From Tieghemostelium lacteum (taxonomy: Eukaryota), in assembly GCA_001606155.1 (NCBI GenBank), contig LODT01000042.1, forward strand, positions 207,758-271,757: DNA of 64,000 nucleotides, read 5' to 3'. Each line of letters starts with the position of its first letter. Within the stretch, counting starts at the first letter, position 1. Below the pieces are notes generated by a model. It saw only the letters and a program-made list of their open reading frames with translations. It had not been told where the DNA came from and did not search any database. Shown here in pieces: positions 35,901 through 49,084 of the stretch. Position numbers and translations under genes: made by a program.

Positions 35901-38900
35901 TTATTTGGTGACTTACCATCACTAAATATCCTATTGTCACAATCTAGCATTGAAATTCTCATTAGAATTGTAAATACACTCACTGATCATGATCTCCCTG
36001 AATTTCAAATTAAGGACATAACTAATAGAAATAGTAGTAGTATTCCACATATTGCATCACCATCACCACCCCCAGTAAAGAAAGATGAGCAACAATCACC
36101 AATATTGGAAGAAATCTATTCCTATGATTCAATAGATTCATTGGAAATGGATAATAGTAATGATCAACTACCTATATTAATGATATACAATACTATATTG
36201 GAAGTTAATTTCTCAATTCCTTCAGTGTCATTGGTTATAACAGAACGTGATCAACCATTTATTAGATTGTTTATATCGGATATTGGTGCACAATGTTATA
36301 AACGTACATTTGACACTTCAATTAATTTGTCACTAAAGAAACTATTGATTGAAGATCTCTATCAAGATTTTACAGAGGAGTCATTTAGATATCTTGCCAA
36401 TAGTAGAAATAGTAACTCTAGTGTAAATGATAAATCAGGTCTACCTGATGACCTTATTAATGTATCTATATCATCAATCCAAAAGAATTCACCATTGTAT
36501 TCGGGTATATCTCAACAAATTGATATATCATTTAACTCCTTACTTGTAAATATCAACAAAAAGATTATATTAAAATTGATTAAATTAATCAATTCCATTG
36601 AATCAACTATTCTCAGTACCTTAAAATCAAACAACTCCAAATCCACTAATAATAACCATAACAACAACAACAATAACAACAGTAGTAATAGCTCATTTAA
36701 ACCTGGAAGTAATGAAAACTCATCATTTAAAATTGACAAGAATAATCCAAAGATTTTAATGGATATTAAAATGAAATCTTTGGAAATTATTCTAAATGAT
36801 GACAATGAATCCTATTTTGCATTTTCAATTCAGAATCTACAATTGGGTTTAGATTTAGATATGGAATCATCATCTATGAAGGTATGCAACTTGATAACAA
36901 TTATAGTTTTACATGTAAATAATACTAATATGATTTTAAAATAGTTTAAATTAGGTAATCTGTTGATTACTGATATTAGTAAAGAATCTTCAAAGGATTT
37001 AGGACCACTTTTTGGAACTGATGGTGAACATATAGTAGAGATATTCGTTCTTTCTTATAAAGAAGGTCAAAGAGAAAAACATCATTTTGATACAAAAATT
37101 GGTGTCAGAATGAGCTCGGTTAAATTGATTGTCATTAGAAGTCTAATCGACAGACTTACAGATTATTTTGATGATTTTGGTACTAGTACCGGTGTAGATC
37201 AGATTCTGAGTGAAAGTGCTAAAGGTGCTGTTGAGATGATTGGTACTCATCATCAACAGAATCGTGTGATATTTGAGGTAAATGTCATATCACCTCGTAT
37301 CATATTCCCAAAATCACAGATATCCAGTTATGTAATCATTGCGGATTTGGGTCAAATCAGTTGCTTCAATTCACTAAAAACCGATACAGAGGAGATCTAT
37401 ATCTATGCCAGTAGTATTAATTTCCATTCTTGTAAATTCCAGAATGGAAAAATACAAGATGAAACTATTGAACAGTTGTCCAATAAGGTCAATTTATACA
37501 TTAATATAGAAGTTAAACAATCTCCAAAACAAAAAGTAATTGGTGAGATATCGCCCATCCAGATCAAGATAACAGAGCAGCAGTATAGTTTGTTGATATC
37601 TATCATTAAGAATCTAGTGGAACCCAATCTCAAGAAGAAGAAGAGAAAGATTATCAGTTCACAGCGATCGGAGAGACAATCGAAACTCGATCTTTTAAAA
37701 TATGTCCAATTACAAGCTTATCAACAGAGAAAAGAGATATTGGATCAAGTGTCATTTAGAATACCTCATATTACAGTTGAGATTTTCAGAAAGAACAAAG
37801 AGTCTGTTGTGGCATTTGATTTGGATGAATTTGAATTCTCAATAATTGAGTATCTCAATGGTCAGATATTCACCACTATAAATCTAAATAGTTTAGATCT
37901 AACTGATACCAGGGCATCTACGAATAATCAATTCAAGAAATTGATTTACCATCAACAATCCAAAGAAAAGGAGTTGTCTTTGGTCATTTTAGAACAGAGA
38001 AATGGTGATACTGAAATGAAGGTTGTAATAGACAATTTCTGTGGTATTGTAGTTCCTGAATCTCTCGTTGCAATGATTGATTTTATAATGCCTGGTGTCA
38101 AGGCATTATCATCACTCTCGGATGTCTCACCTACAAACTCACCACCAATTCCACCTCATGTACATCACCAAGGTATGCAACCAAATCAACTCTTACAATC
38201 ACCTGTAAAAACCATGCTTCAACAGAGTAGTCAGCAGAAATTAAATTCAAAATCAAAGAAAGCGAATAGTTCACTAACTGTTCATATCGAGACTAAGAAT
38301 ATTCAAATTACCTTTATTGATAATCCCACAAGACTAGATTCCAAAGCATTGGTATTGAAAGGTTGTGCATTGGGTAAAGTAAACATTCAGAATGATACCC
38401 TCATTTACAAGGACTTGAAATTCTCTTTAGAGAACATTGAGGTATTCAAATGTAGAATGGATAAGCGTGATAGTACTGTAGTTTCAATTATCGATCCTTT
38501 ATCATTGACATTGTCAATATACAATGTCGAAGGAAAAGAAGATAACCTACCCATTGATATTATAGTCCCAGTGGAGCCAGTTCATATAACATTCAGTTAC
38601 CAAGATTTTCTATTGTGTAAATCCGTATTTCTCAATATAGAATCACTCAGTAAATCATTAAGTACATTATTCGCAAATGCCAATAAAGCCAATGTCAAAC
38701 CAATGAATGCTGATGACTCTGAATCGGTATCTACACTCAGCTCTATACCAACCATCAACTTCCAGTCGCCATTGATCTCACTGACCATTATCAATGATGA
38801 ACAGAATGGAAAGTATTCTGGTGTTGCACAAATCAAGTTAAGTGACATCTCTATGGAGGTCACTAAAAATCAAATCTTAGTTGGCATGTACATGGTTGCC

Positions 38901-41900
38901 AACTATTTCAATAATTCAAAATCAGTTTGGGAACCAGTTATTGAAAGTTGGGGTTTCAAATTGGGTATAGAAACTAGCAATAGTCATGATGATCATGATT
39001 TCAAAAATATTGTAATTTCAACAAGCGAGAAATTGAAATTAAATATAACAAAATCACTCTTTGACCTGGTTAACCAAACACACCAAACATTACTATCACT
39101 CCAGAAAATTGCTGAAAATCCTATATCTCCAAGAGGTAGTGCTTATAGTAATAATAATAACAATAACAATAATAACAATAATACTGGTGAAGACTATAGA
39201 ACTAGTAACCCAATACAAATTCAGTTGTATAAGACATCCAATTTCCATCCATTCATTTTGAGAAATGAAACTGGAATTGAGTTACAATATCTCATTACTG
39301 AGATTTGTCCACCAGGTGCTAAACCTTTACATCAGGAGAAATTAAAGAATTTTGATAGGGATAAAGACATCTATTTGGATTTCAAGGAGATTACATCAGA
39401 ATTTCACCAAAAGAACAGAGATACAACTTCATTTACAAATTTCCGTATTCACTTTTATTTCACACTCTTTGAAACCATTTACAATTTACCTATTGATAAA
39501 TGTGGAATCTATATATGTACTCTGAAGGTAAAGAAGAATTTCACAGGTTCAGAAGCACAAGACAGAAAGATTCTTTCCAATTTACAGTTGGTATTTGAAA
39601 TTAAAGTTGATGGTTCTAGTAAATTGTTGATACTTAGAAACAATATACTCTTAAAGAATGAAACTGACCATCCTGTTGAATTCATAACTGAAAAGAATGC
39701 AAGGGAAGTCGGTAGTAAAGATCAGTTGCCATCTAATTCTATTTATGTTGTATTACCAGGACAATCTAAACCTTTTCCATTGTTGTTGGAGACATATTCC
39801 ATGTTGAGTTTTAGACCAAAGAACCCTGACGAAGAGTTAAACAAACAACAAAGATGGTCACAACCTATCAGTTGTAAGGATTTCTCAATTCCAAAGTCAC
39901 TGGTGGAGTGTCCTCCTGGTAGATTTTACTCTGTGTATATTGATTCCAATGTCAATGATAATCAACACCAACTCTATTACAACTCACCTGTAAATCCATT
40001 GAATTCTAATATTGATGATACTCTACCTGGAAGTGTAGAAGATGATGACACCTATGAGAGTATCAGTAAGATGAAACCTTCTGATCACATTATCAGAATA
40101 ATGCCTCCATTGGTTATTGAAAATCTATTATCTAGGGATATTAAAATTGAGCTACTGGACCAGGAGCATCATTCTATTATCTTCCAAAAATCAATTTGTC
40201 ATGGAAAGAAACTACAATGCTATACATTGAATATCAGTAGAATTATAATGATGAAACTTAATATATTCAATATGAATGGTACAATGAATAAGAAATACTG
40301 GACTAAACCATTCCAAATCAATAGATCAACTGAGAAGGATATTAATCAGCAGTCTATTACAACAACTCTCATTGACCAATACGATAATCCATTTGAATTC
40401 TATGTGAATATCAATTATTCATATCAAAATGGGTCAATCAAGATTGTAATCTATTCAAGTTATTGGATATTAAATTTCACAGGACTCAATATTAAATATA
40501 AATTGAGTAATAATCCAAATAGTTCATCAGCTAATAACAACAATAATCAATTAGAATCAGATTCACCACTTACTACAACAACCACAACTAGTTCTAATAA
40601 CACTAGTGCCATAATGATTCAGAATAATAAGGATGAGGAAGCTGTTAACTACTATAAAGACCCTAGAAATTGGTATAGTCAGAACTTGAATTTTAATCAC
40701 CAGAATAACCAAAAAATTGAGGTTGAACCAATAATGTTTTCACCTCAACCCTCATTTAAAGATCACAGTCCATATGTAGTCTTTCAAGTGGATAAATCTA
40801 AATGGTCACCTCCAATTCCATTACAAATCAATAAGTTGGAGAATATTAATATTCAAAAACTTGGGTATGGTCAGACATTGTCTCTTCAGTATACACTATC
40901 AACTACACTTTCAAAAGACTATTATAAGACTAAAATGGTTACTATATCTCCAAAGTATATTTTGATTAATAATCTTCCATTCCCAGTATATTATAGTCAA
41001 ACTGGTTCGACATGTTTCAGAGACTATAGTATAAGACCTCAAGAGGCTTTGCCATTCCACTTCCTCGATGACAAATGTCCGTCTCGAATATCACTTCGTT
41101 TGTCACCTACTGATGAGTGGTCTGGTTCATTTGAGATCTCAAAATCCTCTTCATTCCATCTCAAATTGAATAGACTTACAACAGGCAAAAACAATGCCTC
41201 TAAAGACCATCTCTATATCCCACTGGTGCAAATCATATTTGAGAATAACATTAACTATATAGTCATTAATCCAGAGTCTATATACCCACCATATCGTATT
41301 GAAAACTGCACCAACTCAATAATGGAAATCTATCAATTGGATACTGACGAAACTAAAATTCATGTTGAACCCAACGAATCCATTAGATATATATGGAAAG
41401 AACCAATGGGTACAAAGAGACTAGATATCAAACTTCTAGGCACATCTTATAAAAAGAATGCAAGTTTGGATAAAGTACAAGCACATAAACCAGTGAATAT
41501 AAAGTACAAATCCACAGGTAAAGATTCTACAATCAAATTGGAAATTCTAGCTAATGGTCCTACAAATATACTCCGTTTGACAGATAGTAACCAACAGCAT
41601 CTTAAATCCAATCAATCACTTCCTAGATCATTATCCATCAACCAAATTATGACAGGTAACAGATCATCTATAATGATTGATGCCTATCTAGGTGGTATTA
41701 CAATCTCATTAATTGACTCTCAACCAACCGAATTATTGTATATTGGACTTGATGGTATTGAATTCCACTTTAAAGAACAAGCAAATACAATGGAGCAGAC
41801 TATTGATTTTTCAATTCAAAATTTCAAAGTTGACAATCAACTCTATTTCACACCTTATCCAGTCATGATTGTAACTAGTAATGAAACTAAAGATCAACAA

Positions 41901-43472
41901 CAAACTCAAGTCAATAATAATAATGATAATAATGATGTACAACAACAGCAAAAAGAACCAGTTGGATTATTACTCTCATTGACAAGATCAACTAAATACA
42001 AGATTGGTATTAGAGACTATATAAAGGAATTGAAATTTAAAGTTCAACCAGTTCAAGTACAGATTGATGAAACTCTTGTCTATTATCTTTATAAATTTGT
42101 AAATGAAATATCATCAGAACCCAACTCTATTTTCAAGACACTTCTCAATGAACCAAAGATTCTTGGAAATTCAGACTACTATTCCCTACCTTTGAAACCT
42201 GAGAATATGGACTCTAAAAGACTGTATTTCGAACATCTAACTCTACCTATCATTGACATTGTACTCAGTTATCGTACCAGTCACTTTGCCAGTGCTGTCA
42301 TAGGTATGGTTGGCTCAGTGCTTGCAAATATCGACAGAGCACCACTGCATTTAGAATCTTGGAAACTAGATCACCAATTTACAACACCTGATCAATTGAC
42401 AACTTCATTACTCTCTCACTATAAATGGGAGTTCTCAAAGATCCTATTGTACAGTGATATCTTTGGTGCACCTATATCTCTAGCTGAGAATATCACTAAA
42501 GGTATAAATGACTTTATAAGTGAATCTACAAAATCTGGTTTATCAAATCCAGATGATTTCACTAAAGGTGTAGCAAAAGGTGCAAAGTCACTAGTAAAGA
42601 ACTCCATCTATGGTATTTTCAATTCTGCTTCTAAACTCTCAGGTAGTATTGGTAGAGCTGTTGCATTGTTATCCATGGATGAATCCTATCTCCAACAAAG
42701 AGAAGATTTTGCAAGATCACTACCACCAAAGCATATGATTGATGGTGTATCTACTGGACTTCAAGGTATAAACCTCAGCATTGCAACTGCTATAAAAGGA
42801 CTATATAACCAACCAATTCAAGAATACAATAATCAAGGTGTTGCAGGTATTGTAGTGGGTCTGGGAAAAGGACTTATCGACAGTGTTGTAAAACCAGCTG
42901 TAGGTGCTATAGACATGTTCAGTTACACCACACAAGGTATCAAAAACAGCTATTTATCAGACCCTTCTGTAATGCCACAGCAATTCAAAATCTTCAGAAC
43001 TAGACCTCCTAGATACATAGGCTCAGATCACATTATTAAACCATATAGTCTAGAGGATAGCAAATGGCAGGAGATTATCAAAATTATCGGAAACAGATAC
43101 CACCCATATCTCTCAAGTAACGAATTCTATCTCACCAACTTCAGAGTTTACACCAAGAAACAAGAACTCTTTTATATAGTCATCTCCAATAACTTTTTCT
43201 ATGTATTTAATGATCAGTTGAATCAACTGTTCCCTTGTATAAAACTATGGAATATCAGATTGTCAGTAGAATTAACTAACCTTGACAACAATGAAAAAGA
43301 GGATATTCATAGATTGGAAAACGTATTGGCTATTAGAAATATTAAAAACTCTGACTTTATAGAATATATTCAGGTATTTGACCAAAATGCTCAAAATAGA
43401 GCTGAGCAATTATTACAAGTATTATTGGATCTCACGCGAGAAATTGAAATTGAAAATAATTTTAATAAATAA
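32936..43472 (+). CDS. VPS13 family lipid-transfer protein (chorein N-terminal domain ... VPS13 C-terminal/ATG2-C region), about 3400 aa; exons 32936..33032, 33104..33294, 33369..36881, about 36945..43472
   Basis: Exon 1 reads MFERLVADLLTRYLGEYIKTLNTENLKIGIWS, the canonical chorein-N start (MFESLVVDLLNKFLGEYV..L.LW.G). GTAGGT donor. Exon 2 reads GNVSLENLELKKRALEKFNLPFTIKEGFLGKLSLKIPW. A GTAAGA donor leads to the long ORF 33435..36944. A GTATGC...TAG intron then leads to ORF 36963..43472, which ends with the VPS13 C-terminal region (...DHQFTTPDQLTTSLLSHYKWEFSKILLYSDIFGAPISLAENITKG...). All junctions are phase-consistent. Confidence 0.9.
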
Positions 43473-43695
43473 TATTTTTCTTAAATTGTATAATCTTGAA
43501 GATAATTTGTGTATAAGGACATTCCAGGCTTACGACTTTTTAAGTTTTAGAAATTCAAATAATCAATTTTATTCACCCCCTTTTTAGAAAAATGTAGAAA
43601 ATTTTAGAGCTCACACTAAATTAAATTATTATTTTTTTCACACTTGTTATTATTAATATACAACTATGTATTAATATTTAACACCTTCTATTAAA

Positions 43696-46600
43696 ATGGG
43701 AATACAAACAAGTAAATTAAACAAATTGAAAAAAAATTCATTTTCAAATAACCATTCCACAAATGTTAAATATCCTAAAAAAAGTAGTAAAACACCTAAC
43801 AGTAATGTTTCAACTCCAACAATTGTAAAACCATCAGTCACAACTCAAAGAAAGAGCAATACAACCAATAGTGATACTAGTAAAGATGATAACAGTGAAT
43901 ATGATAACTCTACTGGTGATGATGACAATGAAGAAGATATAATTGATGATACATGGGATGATATTGCCTTCCTTCCTACAAAGATATCTGATCAAAATGT
44001 ACCAATAATAGCAGCATCACAATTATTTTATCTTTCAGAACACATTTCAGTTGGTAATAGTCCAATGGAGAGTAATAGTAGTACACCATATCAACAACAG
44101 CAACAACAACAACACCCTACACCTAGATTATTGACAATGTCTAGAGATACTATTCAATCTGTTGGTAATCAAAGTGGAAGTTTCTATCAACAGTATAATA
44201 GTAATAGTCAATTGCTGTTGAATAGTAGCAGTAGTATAAGTAGTAGATCTAAGAGTAACTGGAATTGGTATTCAATGGAGAACTTTAATGAGGGTCTGAT
44301 TGGTACTGAAAATGATAAGAGAGTGTTGATATTGACAGTTGATGATATTATATATGTCGTTGATAACCAAATAAAGAGAGCCTCTGAGATTATTGGATTA
44401 TCAAGTGCACTTACATCTGTATTGTTGTTACAGTATAAATGGAATTATGATTTACTGATACAACAGTTTATAGATAAAGGTGCTGACCATTTGTTCTTAA
44501 CAGCTGGATTACCACCAAATCCTACACCTTTTACAGTAAATGATACTATAATTGAACTATTAAAACCCATTAAAGATCTACAGAAACTCAATACACAAAC
44601 TCTACTAATGAATTCAAAATCAAACTCATTATCACCATCACCATCCACTTTAACTAATATATCATCTAGAAGAGTGAGATGGGAGAACTCTGATACTCAA
44701 TCCCAATTACACACTCAAAATGCTAGATTTAGTTCCAGAAATAATAGGTCATCTAAAAATGGTGCTGGTAGTATTGGAAGTGGATCCAATTCATCATCTA
44801 ATAGATATGCATTATCTTCATTTGGTGATGATTATGATGATAATACCAATGATAATGATGATGAATATCAGCATGATGATAATCTTTCAATTCCTAGTAA
44901 TAATCAGGACATTAGTAACAACAGTAACAACAGTAACACTATTAAACAACAAGAAAGAAATGTATTTATTCAATCTCTAATCACCCTGATACAAGAAGTA
45001 TTCCCCTACTTCAATTCTGAGGATATTGCAGAAATCCTACCAAGATATGATAATAATCACGAAAGAGTTATCAATTCAATTTTAGAAGGTTCACTCATAA
45101 TTCCAATTAGAATTACTAATAGTAATACAAATACCAATAATGATAGAAACCAACTATTTATTAATAATTTATCAAACAATAACAATAACAACTACCAACA
45201 AGATAAAAAATCTAGTACTAATACACGTAAAAATCCAATTCAACATCTAAAATATGATATAGAAAATCCACCTCCATCACCAAAGCCAATAAGAAGAATG
45301 GGTTTCATTTCTCAACTACATCGAGATAGTAGAGATGATCTAATGATATTAGCCAACACCAGGTCAACTTTTTCAAATTTCAGTAATAGTCCTTCTTTAT
45401 TTACTGCTGATAATAATAATAATAATATTAATAATAATAATAATAATAATTATAATAATAATAATAATAGAACTACTACAAATAATAGTAGTTCTGGAAG
45501 TAGTGGTTTAGCAAGCAGTAAATCAACTACTAATTTGATGAAAAACTCAAATAGTATTAACTTTATGATATCTGAAGAAGACAAAAATTTTAATAATCTT
45601 CCACAATCACCATCAACATCAACACATAAACCATTGTCCTATAGCTCTGATTCTTTTCTTTCAAATTTAGAAGATAAATTTACATCGACTTTTTCCAATA
45701 ATGATTTATCAGATACTGACAGTGATAATTATTCTTATAAAAAACCAACCACTACCACCACAACAACTACAACCACAACAAGTAATTTTACCACTTATAA
45801 CAATAATAATAATTATAATAATAACAATAATAACAATAATTATAATAATTTTAATTTTATTATTAGAAATACCAATGTTGGAATTCCATTTAGTCTGACA
45901 AGATCTGCCCTTATTAATACTGATGATATTGAAAATGATGATAACGATGAATCATCGAAAGATGGTGCTGATATTCAGGTATTGGAAGATGGTGCTGGTT
46001 CACAACATGAAGATTTACAAAATGAGAGTAATGATAATTCAGAGACTAATAGTTATACTAATCAAATGCCACCTATGGAAATTGCAATGGATACTGATGA
46101 TCAGCACTCACCACCTAGTTCTTTTCAATTGCCAAAAGCTATAAATAATTTCAACAAACCTAAAGATGGATCAGTAACAGAAGAGATAATAACATGTATG
46201 GTTTGTCTAAGTGAATATGAAAAATCACAAACATTTTCTCTATCTTGCCAACATTACTATTGTTTAGATTGTTGGAGATCCTATATCTACACCAAAATTA
46301 ATGAAGGTAACTCATGTCTATTTACAAAATGTATTAACCCGCAATGCAAGTATGTAACATAGATTTTAAAATCTAATCTATTGGATAATATATTTAATAT
46401 TAATATTAATATCGATCTGAATATGAAGATTTATTTTAGATATTTCAGTATTTAGACATCTATTAGATGAAGGAAAGTATCAAAAGTATATATGGTTATT
46501 TATAAAATCATTTATTGAAAATTGTCCAAAAACTAGTTGGTGCACCAACCCAGAATCATGTGGAATGGTTATTTACTATAATGGTATTGATCTACCTTCC

Positions 46601-47776
46601 AATATGAATATTACATGTACTTGTAAATGGAGATTTTGTTTTCACTGTGGTGATGAATATCATCTACCTAGTAACTGTAAACAGATTTCTGATTGGAAAC
46701 AATTGAAAAACAAAGAGGGTCAAAATGCAATATGGCTAACACAAAACACCAAGAAATGTCCACAATGTAAAATACACATTGAGAAGAATGAAGGATGTAT
46801 GCATATGACATGTAGAAAGAATGCTGGAGGTTGTGGTTTTGAATTTTGTTGGCTTTGTAAAGGACCCTGGTCTGAACATGGTGATAGAACTGGTGGTTTC
46901 TTTTCATGTAATCGTTATGATTCACTTAAACACGATACACCAGATCTCGATAAAACATTTGGAACCTATGTACACCATTTCCAAAGATACAACTACCATC
47001 ACAATGCCAAAAAAGTTGCAAACCAAAAACAATCACAACTTTGCACTATCAGAGATATAATATTACAACTTCAAAAGAATAATGACACATCAAATGGAGA
47101 TCTATCTCCATCTTCTGCATCACTAATCAATGTTATATTATCACCTATTACTAATAGTAGTAATAGTAATTCTAATAATAATAACATATACTCTGGTGGT
47201 TGGAATAAGGAATATCTATTAGACTGTGTAAATTTGATTATTGAATGCCGTCATACATTAAAATATACCTATGTCTATGGATTCTATTTAGCTGATGAAA
47301 AAGAAAGAGAACTTTTTGAATTTCTTCAAGAGGATTTAGAAAAGAGTACAGAACACCTCTGTGAGGTACTTTATAGAGAAATTGATAATCTAGATGCACT
47401 GTTACAGAGCCAAAGTAATCATATGTCTTCACTATCCAGTTCATCATCATTCTCATCTTCATTATCCCTATCCAATTCCACACCAAACTTTGGTAATTTA
47501 CCTACAAACCAAATACAACAAAACAGTAGTACAATTAATGGTGCAATATCTCAAAACACTGAAAACCATATTAAAAACTATCACAAGGTTACAAAAAAGT
47601 TTCTTGAAAACCTTTTATCAGGGTGCCAGAATGGTTTGATATCCAACTATGGTCCACCATCTGACAAGCCTCCTTCACACACCAAAAAACACAGTAAAAA
47701 TTCTCTGCAGCAACTACTAAAGAGAAAGCTAACAAGGAATAGTAATGCAAGTCTAAGTTCTCTTTTAAGTAGATAA
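43696..47776 (+). CDS. Ariadne-type RBR (RING1-IBR-RING2) E3 ubiquitin ligase with long low-complexity N-terminus and CUE-like motif; exons 43696..46349 and 46456..47776
   Basis: RING1: CMVCLSEYEKSQTFSLSCQHYYCLDCWRSYIYTKINEGNSCLFTKCINPQCK. A 106-nt intron (GTATGT...TATTTAG, phase 2). IBR/RING2: CPKTSWCTNPESCGMVIYYNG...CTCKWRFCFHCGDEYHLPSNCKQISDWKQ...CPQCKIHIEKNEGCMHMTCRKNAGGCGFEFCWLCKGPWSEHG, then the Ariadne C-terminal helical region (YVYGFYLADEKERELFEFLQEDLE). CUE-like motif QEVFPYFNSEDIAEILPRYDNNHERVINSILEG. N-terminus MGIQTSK (possible myristoylation). Confidence 0.85.
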
Positions 47777-48000
47777 ATTAACAACAAATAAATACGGGAG
47801 ATATACATTTTTACAAAAATCTTGTATTTTTGACTTTTGGACCGTCAATTTTTTTTTATTGGGAATTTGTTCTGAGTGTAATAGATTATAAAAATATGGG
47901 ATTCATGAATTAAAAGAGTGAGGTTATATATTTAAAATGATTATTGTTGTTGGTTATTGTTGTTGTTGTTATTATATATGGTACACAGGAGTTTAATTAT

Positions 48001-48234
48001 TTAAAAGAAATGACCGTGGTGGTGTCCATGGTGGTGGTGACCAGTTTCATAAACAACAGTGGTAGTTGGGACAACAGTTGGGTAGACCATTGGTTGAACT
48101 GGCATAACTGGTTGGACCATTGGTTGTGGGTAGACCATTGGTTGAACCATTGGTTGTGGGTAGACCATTGGTTGAACCATTGGGGTAGTGTAAACGTTGT
48201 ATCCGTGGTGATGATGATGATGATTTGGAGCCAT
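48001..48234 (-). CDS. Candidate small His/Pro/Val/Met-rich repeat protein (77 aa), possible metal-binding peptide
   Basis: ATG-initiated ORF MAPNHHHHHHGYNVYTTP(MVQPMVYPQ)x3...TGHHHHGHHHGHFF*. Built on roughly 30-nt tandem DNA repeats (ccaatggttcaaccaatggtctacccacaa). The antisense ORF 47944..48264 is the shadow. No homolog recognised. Confidence 0.35.
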   Translation of the reverse strand: MAPNHHHHHHGYNVYTTPMVQPMVYPQPMVQPMVYPQPMVQPVMPVQPMVYPTVVPTTTVVYETGHHHHGHHHGHFF

Positions 48235-49084
48235 TTATATTATGTATATCTATTTAGTTTTTAATAAAAAAAAAAAAGTGTTAAATTTCTATAAGAAATA
48301 TATTTGATTTAATTGTATGATGTAATTTTACTTTAAAATATTGATTTGTGTTTGAAAAGAAAAAAAATTTTTATTTTATTTAAAAAATCCACTGAAAATC
48401 TTTTTTTCGTGAGAATCTTTTTTCACACCCCAGTTTTTTAGGTAGTTTCTGACCCCTCAAAGAAATCAATTTGTTTGTAATGAATCAAGAAATTATTTCC
48501 AACAAAAAAAATTAAATATTTAATTAAGAACAATTCACAACCAACATATATAAAACAAGGTTATTACAAGACCTCCAAATGAAAAATACAAAGACTAGCC
48601 TCTGTTTTTAGAACCAACCAGCAATTTATATTTAATTCTAGAACCAAAAAAGAGGAAAGAATATCTAAAGTGGCACAGGATTAATTTCTTTAGGGTGGGA
48701 CTGCATTTGATATATTCCACAATTTGACTGTTCATGTTGTATGTGAACTCAAAGTATTGAATCTGTATTTCTGAATATTTTACAGTCTCTTGGAAGAATA
48801 TTTTGGGAGGAATGGGTGGATTATATTTTCAATATCCAATAAAAAATTTAGACTTGTGTTTCTCTTTTCTAATGAATTGAACAATAGAATTCTTTGCACT
48901 GTTTGGGAAAACCAAAAGTGTTTTTTTGAATATTTCAGTTTCTAGAAAAATTAGTGTCTTGAACTAGACAGATTTATATATTGGACTATTTACAAAGGGC
49001 AAGTACTCAACAACGTAAGGTTATATTGAAATTGTTTGTGAATCATTATTTTGTTACTTGATTTTAAATCGTAACCCATGTTTT

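Noticed and set aside
47944-48264. Plus-strand ORF (W/H/N-rich, 106 aa) overlapping the His-rich mini-ORF
   Set aside because: Its 'M' comes from a non-ATG start. It is the reverse-complement shadow of the ATG-initiated minus-strand repeat ORF. The orientation is still not proven.
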